From Candidatus Atelocyanobacterium thalassa isolate ALOHA (GTDB lineage Bacteria; Cyanobacteriota; Cyanobacteriia; Cyanobacteriales; Microcystaceae), in assembly GCF_000025125.1 (NCBI RefSeq), contig NC_013771.1, forward strand, positions 971,949 through 1,003,948: 32,000 nt of DNA, given 5' to 3'. The translations under genes were made by a program, and so were the position numbers. The notes below the pieces were generated by a model that saw only the letters and a list, made by a program, of their open reading frames with translations, did not search any database and was not told where the DNA came from. Position 1 is the stretch's first letter, and every line of letters begins with the position of its first letter. Below are positions 18,103 to 27,979 of the stretch, in pieces.

Positions 18103-20172
18103 ATGGGAAAATTTAAAGCAAGAGAATTAATAAATAAACAGTTACTTTCCCGTAAGAGAAATAATGAACTGAAATTTCTAGGACATATTTTTACTTCATT
18201 ATCCTTAGGCATAATCTCTTTAAATACTATTTTTCCAGCATCTGCACGTACATCTGAAGAATTAATTAGTTGCGACATGCTAATTGTAGGTGCTGGATTA
18301 TCAGGTTCTGCTGCTGCCTACGAAGGTTTATTAGCAGGAAAGACTGTTTGTTTAACTGAATTAACTGATTGGGTCGGAGGGCAAATTTCCTCACAAGGTA
18401 ATTCAGCTTTTGATGAAGGGAAACAACAAAGATCATTACAGCATTTTTCTCGAGGATATAATGTTTTAAGAAATAATATTGCTCGTTTTTATAATCGACA
18501 AAATCCTGGAGAATGTTGGGTTAGCGAAAGTTGTTTTTTACCATCTCATGGTCATCAGCTATTATATAAACAATTAAAGAAGGCCGAGCAAAGCGGTAAT
18601 GGAACTTTAAAATGGTTCCCATCAACTGTTGTTAAAGAGATAGAATTAAGCGAGAATAATAGGTTAATACAAAGTGCTATTGCTATCCAACATAGTCCTA
18701 CCGATTCAGATCTTTATCTGCATAAAGAACCACTCTCTCATACTATTAAGGATATTTACAGTTATAGTGACTCTGAGCGTTTTAAAAAAAGAATTATTCG
18801 TTTCCAGGCAAAATCTCAGGGAAAAAGTTCTACTAATTGGTTTGTAATAGAAACAACTGAAACAGGAGAAATAATTGCTCTAGCTGATATTCCATATAAT
18901 TTGGGATTAGATCCTTTAAATCATTTTAATCCATCATCTCCAACAAAGAATAGAGATCCTTATTGTCTACAAGGTTTTACATATCCTTTTGCAATGGAAA
19001 GAACAGCAAGTTCTCAAAACCAAAGCAAACCAAAATTTTATGATAAATATAAACCTTACTATGGATACGATAATGATCGTCGACTAGCTCATTTCGATCT
19101 GGTATTTACTTATCGAAGGATTTGGACTCCTCGTAAGGGAAGACTAGTAAAGACTGGCCCCCTTAAAGTTAATGAGCCTAGTTCTGGAGATATTTCTATG
19201 CAAAATTGGCTATGGGGAAATGATTACCGGCCAGGAACATCTCAAGATAATCTTGTATATACTCGTCAGCAATTAAAAGAGAAAGGACAATTAGAAAAAG
19301 GTAAATGGGAGGGAGGTTTACGCACAGAAACTTTGAGGAAAGGAGAGGAATTATCTCTAGGATTTTATTATTGGTTAGTAGCAGGAACCACTGATTCTCG
19401 CCTAGGTAATAATATTAAAAAACCATCTTTAAATCATCGTCTATTAAAAGGTCTTAGTTCTCCTATGGGTACTAAGCATGGACTATCTAAGTATCCTTAT
19501 ATTAGAGAAGGAAGACGTATTATTGGAAGACCTTCTTATGATCATCCAAATGGATTTTCTGTAAATGAGATTGATATCTCAACTAAAGATTATTGGAATA
19601 ATTTTTATCGTACCTCTTTACCTCGACCAATGTATCAAAGAGTATGGTCAACCATTGCTAATTTAGAATCAAGGATAATGACATTAAGTAACCGTCCTTC
19701 ATATTTAGTAACTAGACGCACCCATGCAACAATTTATCCAGATTCTGTCGGTGTTACCCAATATATGATCGATTTTCATCCATGTATGGTCTTATCTCCT
19801 CCAGAAAAATCAGGAAACCTTGAAAGAAGAGAAGTCCGTGTAGCTCATGGTTCAGCTCATCCAGCACAAATTCCTTTAAGAGCTATGATTCCTCAAAAAA
19901 TAGATAATTTAATTGTTTCTGGGAAAAATATAGCTACCAGTCACATCGCAGCAGCAGCATATAGGGTACATGGATTTGAATGGTCAGTAGGAGCAGCGGC
20001 TGGTACATTGGCTAGCTTTTCTTTAGAGAAAGATATTTTACCCTATGAGTTAGTAGATGATTTACCTAAGCAAGAGCCTAATTTACAAAAATTTCGCCAA
20101 ATACTAGAAAATAATGGTAATCCAACTACTTTCCCTCAAGCTATGATGTTTAGTTATTTACAAAATAATTAG
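18103..20172 (+). CDS. FAD-dependent oxidoreductase
   Basis: 689 aa. N-terminal leader, then Rossmann motif CDMLIVGAGLSGSAAAYEGLLAGKTVCLTE, DWVGGQISSQGNSAFDEG, and C-terminal DNLIVSGKNIATSHIAAAAYRVHGFEWSVGAAAGTLA. Confidence 0.88.
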   Translation: MGKFKARELINKQLLSRKRNNELKFLGHIFTSLSLGIISLNTIFPASARTSEELISCDMLIVGAGLSGSAAAYEGLLAGKTVCLTELTDWVGGQISSQGNSAFDEGKQQRSLQHFSRGYNVLRNNIARFYNRQNPGECWVSESCFLPSHGHQLLYKQLKKAEQSGNGTLKWFPSTVVKEIELSENNRLIQSAIAIQHSPTDSDLYLHKEPLSHTIKDIYSYSDSERFKKRIIRFQAKSQGKSSTNWFVIETTETGEIIALADIPYNLGLDPLNHFNPSSPTKNRDPYCLQGFTYPFAMERTASSQNQSKPKFYDKYKPYYGYDNDRRLAHFDLVFTYRRIWTPRKGRLVKTGPLKVNEPSSGDISMQNWLWGNDYRPGTSQDNLVYTRQQLKEKGQLEKGKWEGGLRTETLRKGEELSLGFYYWLVAGTTDSRLGNNIKKPSLNHRLLKGLSSPMGTKHGLSKYPYIREGRRIIGRPSYDHPNGFSVNEIDISTKDYWNNFYRTSLPRPMYQRVWSTIANLESRIMTLSNRPSYLVTRRTHATIYPDSVGVTQYMIDFHPCMVLSPPEKSGNLERREVRVAHGSAHPAQIPLRAMIPQKIDNLIVSGKNIATSHIAAAAYRVHGFEWSVGAAAGTLASFSLEKDILPYELVDDLPKQEPNLQKFRQILENNGNPTTFPQAMMFSYLQNN

Positions 20173-20192
20173 TTTAAATAGTCTTTTTTTAG

Positions 20193-20268
20193 ATTTATTA
20201 AACTAATTTTAGATCTAGATGTATTATCTAAAATTAATATATCTAGATCTGAAATTAGTTTAATAAAT
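20193..20268. terminator. 28-bp inverted repeat between convergent genes; probable bidirectional terminator
   Basis: ATTTATTAAACTAATTTTAGATCTAGAT (20193-20220) / ATCTAGATCTGAAATTAGTTTAATAAAT (20241-20268). 27/28 Watson-Crick pairs, one T-G position, and a 20-nt loop. Confidence 0.7.
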
Positions 20269-20344
20269 ATCAGTTACAAATAAGTTAAAGGAATAACTAA
20301 GTATTATCAATTTTGTTTGTCTTAAAAAACATGGGAAAAATAAC

Positions 20345-23300
20345 TTATAATTTAATCCCTAAAACTTGGGTATGAGCTCCTCTTGCTTGTGTAACGCCAA
20401 TAGTCCTCTGAGATGCTTCAATCATTGGACGGCGTAAGCTTACAACGATAAATTGAGCTTTTTGTGCTTGTGTATGGATCATTTGAGATAATCTTTCTAC
20501 ATTTGCTCCATCTAGAAACATATCAACTTCATCGAAAGCATAAAATGGTGATGGACGATACTGCTGTAGAGAAAAAATAAAACTTAATGCTGTTAATGAT
20601 TTTTCCCCACCTGACATTGAGCTTAAACGTTGCACTGGCTTACCTTTTGGGTGTGCCACAAGATTCAAACCACCTTTGAACGGATCTTCTTCATCGTCTA
20701 ATTGCAAGTATCCATCACCTTGTGATAAGGTGGCAAAAATTTTCTTGAAGTTGTCATTAACTGTATCAAAAGATTCTTTAAATGAACGTAATCTTAAAGT
20801 TGTAAAATTTTCAATTCTTAATAACAATTCTGTTCTTTCTTCTTGAATAGTAACTAATTTACTTGTAAGTTCACTAAGTCTCTCTTGCACTTTTTCATAT
20901 TCTTCTAATGCAAGCATATTAACGGGCTCCATTAACTCCAATTGTCTTTGTTTTTTATATATTTCTTTCTGTAATTTTTCAGTATGGGTTAATAAGTCAT
21001 CTAAACTCTCGCTTAGTTCAGATAATAAAGGTATTTCCGGCAAAGGATTTGGTAAATTACATTGAGCTTCTTTCTCATCTTTCTCAAAAGTGGATAATAT
21101 TTCTTGTTTTTCTTTTTGCTTAGCTTGTAACTTCTCTAATGTCCAAATATGATCCTGATATTCTTTTTCGAGGACTTTAATCTTTTCTTCTAGAGAATCA
21201 CGTTTGTTTTTAGTAACATATAATTTTTGTGTTAATTCTTCTAATAAAATTTCTAGTTTTCCAATCTCAATATTAAGATTTTTAAGTTTACCTTCAATTT
21301 CTACTTGCTGATTGTTAATATCAGAAATTTGTTGCTTGTTCAATTTTATTTTTAATTCATCTTCATGAATTTTATATTCTATACCAGCAATTTGATTTTT
21401 AATATCTTGAAACTTTTCTTCTCCTCGACGTAATTCTATTTCTCGATCTTGTAAATGATTTTCTTGATCTTTTATTAATACCTGAACTTCTTGCCATTCA
21501 CTGTGGGAATGAGATTTTTCTATATTTTTTAATTGTTGTTGTTTCTTGAGTAATTCTATTTCCAACAAAGAACTTTTTTTATCAATACTAGCAAGCTCAT
21601 TTTTTAATGTTTCTATTTCTTTTTGATAACTACTTATTTTAATTTTTGAATCACTTTTATAGCTTTCGAGTTTTCCTACTTCTTTCTTAACTTGTTGATA
21701 TTTCAACTGTTGTTCTCTATCTAACTGCTGTGTTTTTATTAATTTATCAGAAATATCTTGAATTTGCTTTGTCTTAATTTCTATATTTGCTTCATTTTTA
21801 AGTACAAGGTTTTCTATATCTACTAACCTTTCTTTAAATATTCTAATTTCCTCAGGTTCTCCCTGATTTAAAATGCCAAAACGTATGGTAGGCCTCTGAG
21901 GCCTACTCCCGCCTGTCATAGCTCCACTAGCCTCTAGTAAGTCTCCATCTAAAGTTACGATACGCTGTTTACCTGAATATTGCTTCGCATAATCTATAGT
22001 TTCAAAAACAGCTGTATTACCAAAAATATAGGAAAAAACTTTTGCATACTTTGAGTTACATTCGACTAGATCAACTGCTAAACCAATAAAACCAGGAGCG
22101 TTTTTTAGATAAAAATTATTTTGTTTAGAATACGATCTAATTTTGGTTAGTGGTAAAAAAGTTGCCCTTCCAGCTTTTGCCTTTTTTAACATGTTAATCC
22201 CAGAAATAGCAATAGCGTCATCTTCAACTACAACATGCCCTAAACGCGAACCTGCCGCAATTTCTAGCGCTAATTGATGAAGTGGATCAACTTGTCCTAA
22301 TTCAGCTACTAAACCACATATACCAGATAACTTTGAATTTAAAATAAATTGAGAAGCGTAAGTTCCTTGGACTTCTTGCTTTGCTTGCCTAGATGCCTCT
22401 AAACGATCTAGTTGCCTTTGTTTTTCTCTATATTCTTTATCTAGCCTTGACTGAGTTTCTTTTATAATGTTGTACTCTTGTCTTTCTATATTTAATTTAT
22501 CAGTTATTACTTGTATATTTTCTGTATAGAAAATTGATAATTTTTCCAATTCTTGATTTTGCAGATCTAGATCTTTTTCATATTTTTCAAACTGTTCTTT
22601 TTCCTTATTTAAACTACCTAATATTAGCTGCTGACGCTCAGATAATTTAGCTTTTTGTGCTAATTGAGGATTTAGCTCACTTTGTAGGCTAGATGCTTCT
22701 ATACTAAGGCCTGCTTGTTCTTGTATCCAAGAATCAGATGTTTCAGCAATTATTGCAGCTTGTTTTCTTACCTTTTGTAAGGTGTTATAACTTCTTGATT
22801 TTTGTTCTTTAAGCAGTGGTAAAAGTTCTTGTTGCAATTTATTACTGTTTTGACTTAGTACGTTTAATTCTTCTTCTTTTTGAAGAATATTTTCTACTGC
22901 TTTATTTTCTTCTAGTTTAATTTTTTCACTCGTACAATATGATTCTTTCTTATGCTGCTGTAGTTGATCAACTTGTGCTTTTTGTGTAGCAATTTTAGAG
23001 GCAATAGTTAACCGTTCATCTTCTCCTAGTTCTTTAACTTGAAGATTTAAGTTCTTAAGATCAGTATTTAGTATGTCTAATTTATTTTCTAATTCTGAAT
23101 TACTTTTAATTAGTTTTTCTTCTCTTTCCTCATCTTCTGATTTTTCTTTTTTAAGGTTAGAAATTTTCTTGAGCAAAGATTTCCATAATAAAACTGCTTC
23201 CCATTCTTTTTTCTGAGAAATTTCTTGTTTAAGCTTTTGATATTTTTCAGCTTTTGCCCTATCGCCTGCCAAGCGTTCTAATGAATTTTCTAATTCTACT

Positions 23301-23941
23301 TGTATAATCTTGCAACGTTCTTCTCTATCTCTAACCTCCTCTAAAGTTTCCTTAGTTTTATTAATTTTGCGATCAAATTCTGCAACTCCAGCAAGTTCAT
23401 CAATAATAACTCGTCTTTCTTTAGAGTTCATGCTAATGATACTAGTTACATCTCCTTGAAGAACAACATTATAGCCTTCAGGATAAATACGAAAGCGATT
23501 TAATTCTTCGTGAAGCTCATTAACAGTGCATGGTCTTTCGTTTATGTAGTAATTAGAAGAATAACTACCTCCTTTGGTAACACGTAAGCGTCTTGTTACT
23601 TTCCATTCGGTTTTATTAATTAAATTGTTTTCTTCTTCTGTTTCTATTGTTTTTAAAGATTCTTCTGAACTTAAATAATCTGAAATATCGAAGGTAACAG
23701 AAACATAAGCTTCTCGATTATTACGATTATTAGTATTATGGCTAATTAAATCTGGTAACCTTTCAGCTCTTAGTCCCTTAGAAGTGGCTAATCCAAGGCA
23801 AAATAGTAATGCATCCAATATGTTGGATTTACCTGAACCGTTTGGTCCAGATACTACTGTAAATCCAGGCAGAAATGGGATGGATGTAGTTCCACCAAAA
23901 GATTTAAAATGAGATAGTTCAATGCGCTTAATATGAACCAT
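20345..23941 (-). CDS. smc: Chromosome segregation protein SMC
   Basis: 1198 aa. Walker A VVSGPNGSGKSNILDALLFCLG, long coiled coils, hinge GLVAELGQVDPLHQLALEIAAGSRLGHVVV, signature LSGGEKSLTALSFIFSLQ, Walker B FYAFDEVDMFLDGAN. Confidence 0.98.
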   Translation of the reverse strand: MVHIKRIELSHFKSFGGTTSIPFLPGFTVVSGPNGSGKSNILDALLFCLGLATSKGLRAERLPDLISHNTNNRNNREAYVSVTFDISDYLSSEESLKTIETEEENNLINKTEWKVTRRLRVTKGGSYSSNYYINERPCTVNELHEELNRFRIYPEGYNVVLQGDVTSIISMNSKERRVIIDELAGVAEFDRKINKTKETLEEVRDREERCKIIQVELENSLERLAGDRAKAEKYQKLKQEISQKKEWEAVLLWKSLLKKISNLKKEKSEDEEREEKLIKSNSELENKLDILNTDLKNLNLQVKELGEDERLTIASKIATQKAQVDQLQQHKKESYCTSEKIKLEENKAVENILQKEEELNVLSQNSNKLQQELLPLLKEQKSRSYNTLQKVRKQAAIIAETSDSWIQEQAGLSIEASSLQSELNPQLAQKAKLSERQQLILGSLNKEKEQFEKYEKDLDLQNQELEKLSIFYTENIQVITDKLNIERQEYNIIKETQSRLDKEYREKQRQLDRLEASRQAKQEVQGTYASQFILNSKLSGICGLVAELGQVDPLHQLALEIAAGSRLGHVVVEDDAIAISGINMLKKAKAGRATFLPLTKIRSYSKQNNFYLKNAPGFIGLAVDLVECNSKYAKVFSYIFGNTAVFETIDYAKQYSGKQRIVTLDGDLLEASGAMTGGSRPQRPTIRFGILNQGEPEEIRIFKERLVDIENLVLKNEANIEIKTKQIQDISDKLIKTQQLDREQQLKYQQVKKEVGKLESYKSDSKIKISSYQKEIETLKNELASIDKKSSLLEIELLKKQQQLKNIEKSHSHSEWQEVQVLIKDQENHLQDREIELRRGEEKFQDIKNQIAGIEYKIHEDELKIKLNKQQISDINNQQVEIEGKLKNLNIEIGKLEILLEELTQKLYVTKNKRDSLEEKIKVLEKEYQDHIWTLEKLQAKQKEKQEILSTFEKDEKEAQCNLPNPLPEIPLLSELSESLDDLLTHTEKLQKEIYKKQRQLELMEPVNMLALEEYEKVQERLSELTSKLVTIQEERTELLLRIENFTTLRLRSFKESFDTVNDNFKKIFATLSQGDGYLQLDDEEDPFKGGLNLVAHPKGKPVQRLSSMSGGEKSLTALSFIFSLQQYRPSPFYAFDEVDMFLDGANVERLSQMIHTQAQKAQFIVVSLRRPMIEASQRTIGVTQARGAHTQVLGIKL

Positions 23942-24215
23942 GGAGCGATATTAATAATGCAATTGAAAAATTTAAAACACAATTTAGATATAGTTCTATA
24001 TATCTAAATTCAAAAGACTCTTTTCAACATATATAGGTTTCTAAATAACTAATAAAAGTTAAAAGAATTTTTAAAATATACTCATAAACCTTGTTAAAAG
24101 CTCATACTGAATATGAATTATATAGATGGTCTTTAAAGCTATTTAGTTTCATATCATAGAATTAAAATTATTTAATTCAAGACTTCTATAAAATGTGCTT
24201 AGTAGTGAAGATAGT

Positions 24216-25151
24216 TCAACTTTTTATATTGTTGATACCATTACTTGAAAGTTTACTGATGAATAACTCTAAATTAGGATCTTGAAAAGTTTTTACGATA
24301 ATGTTTTTAATTTCTTCAGCTTGTTCACGAGACTGGCATAATGTAAAGATGGTAGGTCCTGACCCTGACATCATAGTACCTAAACCCCCCATTTTCTCCA
24401 TAAAAGATTTCAATTCAGTAATCATCAGATGCTCAGATAAAACAACTTTTTCTAAATCGTTATACAGTAAATTTCCAATTTTTTGACCGTCTTTCTGATC
24501 AATAGCATTAATAAGAAGTTCGAAGTTATTACTATTTTTCTTTTTATCATTTTTTTCATAACATTTACCAAATTGTTCTTTATGTTTTTGATAAGCCCAA
24601 GGAGTTGAAATAGAAAAATTTTGATACTTTGCTAAAACTATCCAAAGGTTGTCTAATTTATTTATTGGATTTATTATTTCGCCTTTTCCTGTAGCGATCG
24701 CAGTTCCTCCATTAATACAAAACGGAACATCGGAACCTAGTTCTTCCCCCAACTTTTGTAATTCATAATCATTTAAATCTAATTTCCATAATAAATTTAA
24801 TGCTAATAAAACTGCAGCTCCATCAGTTGATCCTCCTGCTAATCCTGCAGCTACAGGTATCCGCTTATCAATAATAATATCAACCCCTCCATAAAGATTC
24901 AGGGAGTTGGGAAATTTTTTTATTATGAGTTGAGCAGCACGATAAGCAATATTTGTTTCGTTCAAAGGAACCAGCAAGTTATTGCAATATAAATTAATAT
25001 TTTGAGTTCCATTAAAATTAATTTTTATGTAATCACTTAATTCAATACTCTGTAGAACCATTATCAACTCATGATAATTATCAAACCGTTCCCCAAGAAT
25101 CTCTAGGTATAAGTTAATCTTAGCTGGGGCAAGTAAGTTACAAGTTTTCAT
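24216..25151 (-). CDS. ispE: 4-diphosphocytidyl-2-C-methyl-D-erythritol kinase
   Basis: 311 aa. APAKINLYLEILGERFDNYHEL, KRIPVAAGLAGGSTDGAAVLLALN, LGSDVPFCINGGTAIATGKGE, MSGSGPTIF. Confidence 0.96.
   Translation of the reverse strand: MKTCNLLAPAKINLYLEILGERFDNYHELIMVLQSIELSDYIKINFNGTQNINLYCNNLLVPLNETNIAYRAAQLIIKKFPNSLNLYGGVDIIIDKRIPVAAGLAGGSTDGAAVLLALNLLWKLDLNDYELQKLGEELGSDVPFCINGGTAIATGKGEIINPINKLDNLWIVLAKYQNFSISTPWAYQKHKEQFGKCYEKNDKKKNSNNFELLINAIDQKDGQKIGNLLYNDLEKVVLSEHLMITELKSFMEKMGGLGTMMSGSGPTIFTLCQSREQAEEIKNIIVKTFQDPNLELFISKLSSNGINNIKS
24694..24701. repeat. HIP1 octamer GCGATCGC (inside ispE)
   Basis: Exact GCGATCGC, the highly iterated palindrome typical of many cyanobacteria. Only copy noticed in the window. 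Confidence 0.9.
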
Positions 25152-25261
25152 TTTATTGGCCTAGTAAATAATTGTTGACATGATAATACTAATAAAATTT
25201 AAAAATTATAGACTTTTATCTAGGTTATATTTTGAATATTAAATATATACAAATACTTTTT

Positions 25262-25678
25262 CTATTTTTTACTCAATTTCTGCAAATCCAACCTTTGTAG
25301 TTCAACTATATAGAACTCTCCAATATCTTGATTACCGATAAGAATGGGCTGATATATTATCTCCCCTTTAATTTTTATTATCTCTCCTATATTTGGAATT
25401 TCACCAAAAGTTTTTAATACCCATATTTTCCCAGTTTCATCTTGAAGTTGATAAGAACTACTATCTAGAAAGAGAGCATGATCTACAACGCTTCCTTCGA
25501 GATAAACAACTTGATGAGTTAAGCTGGAATCAATTGGTTTTTGAGTCAAAAGCTTTTGGATAGAAATAGTTGAAGATTGAAAAAAAGTAAGATGGTTTAA
25601 TATTGCATATCCAATCGATGTTCCTGCTATAAGAAGAAAAATAATAACGATAACTTTTCTAATATTTAAAATTTTCAT
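25262..25678 (-). CDS. Hypothetical membrane-anchored protein with OB-fold-like region
   Basis: 138 aa. N-terminal TM, then VVYLEGSVVDHALFLDSSSYQLQDETGKIWVLKTFGEIPNIGEIIKIKGEIIYQPILIGNQDIGEFYIVEL, resembling tRNA_anti/OB-type strands. Confidence 0.7.
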   Translation of the reverse strand: MKILNIRKVIVIIFLLIAGTSIGYAILNHLTFFQSSTISIQKLLTQKPIDSSLTHQVVYLEGSVVDHALFLDSSSYQLQDETGKIWVLKTFGEIPNIGEIIKIKGEIIYQPILIGNQDIGEFYIVELQRLDLQKLSKK

Positions 25679-25978
25679 AACATAACAAGAATTATTGAAT
25701 CGATCATTTAAAAATGCTTTTCCTATAGGATAGGACGCAATAAGATAATTCTACGTTCCGACATAGTTCATATTTTTCTAAATGTTGAGCATTAGTATAA
25801 AAAATAATTAAATTTACTTATGTCTTTTAGCTAAACTTTATAGAATTGATGAATGATTATTAGTGCTTGAAAATCAAAGCAAAAGTTAAAGTTTCGACAT
25901 AACTGTAGCTTGAGTTTCATATTATGCTTAAAAGAGTTATTATCATCCGTAGATATTTGTAGAAATTAACTTAATTTG

Positions 25979-27277
25979 ATGGTTACAATAAGTACGCTAC
26001 CAGGAACACGAGATATTCTGCCAGAAGAGATTGGTTATTGGCAATATGTGGAAGCTACAGCGGCTAAAATTCTTGGTCGTGCGATGTACCGTGAAATTCG
26101 CTCTCCAATTTTTGAAAATACTTCTTTGTTTGAGAGGGGTATAGGAGAAGCTACAGATGTTGTAAGTAAAGAAATGTACACTTTCCCCGATCGTAGTGAT
26201 CGTTTAGTCACACTTCGACCAGAGGGGACTGCAGGAGTCGCACGTGCTTATCTACAAAATAATTTACATTCTCTGGGCGGAGTTCAACGCCTTTGGTATT
26301 CTGGACCAATGTTTCGTTATGAGAGGCCACAAGCTGGTCGCCAAAGACAGTTTCATCAAATTGGATTGGAGTTGATAGGTGCAAGAGATCCTAGGGCAGA
26401 CGTAGAAGTTATTGCTTTAGCAACTGATGTTTTAAAATTTCTAGGATTAAAACAACTAAAACTAAATATTAATTCTATAGGTGATAAAAATGATAGGAAC
26501 CTTTATCGAGAAGCATTAATTAATTATTTTTTATCTCATAAAGAAGATTTAGATATTGACTCTCAAAATCGTTTACTTAAAAATCCTTTACGAATTCTAG
26601 ATAGTAAGAACGAAAAGACTAAAGAAATTAATAAAAACGCTCCTAACATATTACATTTTCTTGGGAAAGAGTCTCAAAAACACTTTGACGAAGTACAACA
26701 ACTATTAACGGATTTAAACATTAATTATCAGATTAACCCATGTCTTGTCAGAGGGCTAGACTATTATACACATACTGCATTTGAGATTCAGTCTGATAAC
26801 TTAGGCACTCAATCTACAGTATGTGGTGGCGGAAGATATGATCATTTAATCGAAGAACTTGGTGGAACCTCAACTCCTGCCGTAGGATGGGCTATAGGCG
26901 TTGAAAGATTAATTATGCTACTTAAACAAATTGAATGTTCTCCTCAACACAACCCTGATGTTTATATTGTTTCAAAAGGTAAAAAAGCAGAAGCAATTGG
27001 GTTATACTTAGCTCAAAAATTACGCTCTGAAGAATTAATCGTTGAATTAGATATGAGTGGAAGTAACTTTGGGAAACAGTTTAAGAGAGCTGACCGTAGC
27101 AAAGCATCTGTTTGTATAGTTCTTGGTGAAGAGGAAGCAGAAAATAACACGTTACAGGTTAAGTGGCTACATACCAAGGAACAAAATTCTATGACTCAGG
27201 TAGACTTATTAAATCACATTACAGAGTTTAAAAAACAGATAAACAAATATAGAGAAGTATCATCAAAATTAATTTAA
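25979..27277 (+). CDS. hisS: Histidine--tRNA ligase
   Basis: The ORF track starts at a TTG at 25976, directly followed by ATG at 25979. Class II motifs: LPGTRDILPEE, TFPDRSDRLVTLRPEGTAGVARAY, MFRYERPQAGRQRQFHQIGLELIG, RGLDYYTHTAFE, AVGWAIGVERLIML. Confidence 0.97.
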   Translation: MVTISTLPGTRDILPEEIGYWQYVEATAAKILGRAMYREIRSPIFENTSLFERGIGEATDVVSKEMYTFPDRSDRLVTLRPEGTAGVARAYLQNNLHSLGGVQRLWYSGPMFRYERPQAGRQRQFHQIGLELIGARDPRADVEVIALATDVLKFLGLKQLKLNINSIGDKNDRNLYREALINYFLSHKEDLDIDSQNRLLKNPLRILDSKNEKTKEINKNAPNILHFLGKESQKHFDEVQQLLTDLNINYQINPCLVRGLDYYTHTAFEIQSDNLGTQSTVCGGGRYDHLIEELGGTSTPAVGWAIGVERLIMLLKQIECSPQHNPDVYIVSKGKKAEAIGLYLAQKLRSEELIVELDMSGSNFGKQFKRADRSKASVCIVLGEEEAENNTLQVKWLHTKEQNSMTQVDLLNHITEFKKQINKYREVSSKLI

Positions 27278-27385
27278 GAAAACAATTTAGTTGATATAAA
27301 AAATTAATGATCTTTATTTGAATTTATCTAAATTATTGTGTTTTTCCTACAATATAGTTTTCGGAGAATCATGACAGACAATTAT

Positions 27386-27547
27386 TTAAAATAGTGTATA
27401 TATAAAAGGTGCAATTACTGACCCTTGGGTAAACACAATTAGTGCTCCCAATACTACTAAAGTTATTATCAAAGGAGCTAGCCAAAACTTTTTGCGTTCA
27501 CGAAGAAAACCCCATATATCTTTTAAGAATTCAAAAAATCCAATCAT
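27386..27547 (-). CDS. DUF5989 / SxtK-like small membrane protein (53 aa), not in supplied ORF track
   Basis: Manual translation: MIGFFEFLKDIWGFLRERKKFWLAPLIITLVVLGALIVFTQGSVIAPFIYTLF*. The start codon overlaps the stop codon of the upstream SxtJ-like ORF by one base at 27547. Confidence 0.85.
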   Translation of the reverse strand: MIGFFEFLKDIWGFLRERKKFWLAPLIITLVVLGALIVFTQGSVIAPFIYTLF

Positions 27548-27957
27548 TAGTAAGGTTTCTCCATGCTTGATTTGCTTTTAGATGTACTAAATATACGATA
27601 ACTTTCCGTATTAAATTCAAATTTTCTTTTCATCGCGTCGTATTTAAGAATTCTTATAAAAAATCCCATGGGAGTTACTACAATAAAAAAAATAATTCCC
27701 AAAATTATTCTACTATTAACCCATGAAGCTATTTCTGCAAAGAGCATCCATCCTTTATAAAATGGTAAAAGAAAATTTGGGGAAATAAAAGAGAAAATAA
27801 GAAAAAGTGTACCAATTATCCATGAGACTACAGAATAAGAATGTCCTAGTAAAGTGGGAATAAATAAACCAAAAAATAGGGTAAAGGTTGTTCCCATCAA
27901 TATTCCGAAAGACATTAACTTTTTATTGTTTGTTTTTTGAGGCATATAATAAAACAT
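27547..27957 (-). CDS. SxtJ-like membrane protein
   Basis: 136 aa, about three TM segments, ...FSFISPNFLLPFYKGWMLFAEIASWVNSRIILGIIFFIVVTPMGFFIRIL. Lies 22 nt downstream of a carbamoyltransferase. Confidence 0.82.
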   Translation of the reverse strand: MFYYMPQKTNNKKLMSFGILMGTTFTLFFGLFIPTLLGHSYSVVSWIIGTLFLIFSFISPNFLLPFYKGWMLFAEIASWVNSRIILGIIFFIVVTPMGFFIRILKYDAMKRKFEFNTESYRIFSTSKSKSSMEKPY

Positions 27958-27979
27958 GTTTCTAGTATCTATTTATAAA

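Noticed and set aside
18090-18278. 62-aa minus-strand ORF over the start of the FAD oxidoreductase gene
   Set aside because: Opposes the leader and Rossmann motif of the real CDS.
24301-24486. 61-aa + strand ORF in ispE
   Set aside because: Antisense to the conserved ispE C-terminal region (MSGSGPTIF).
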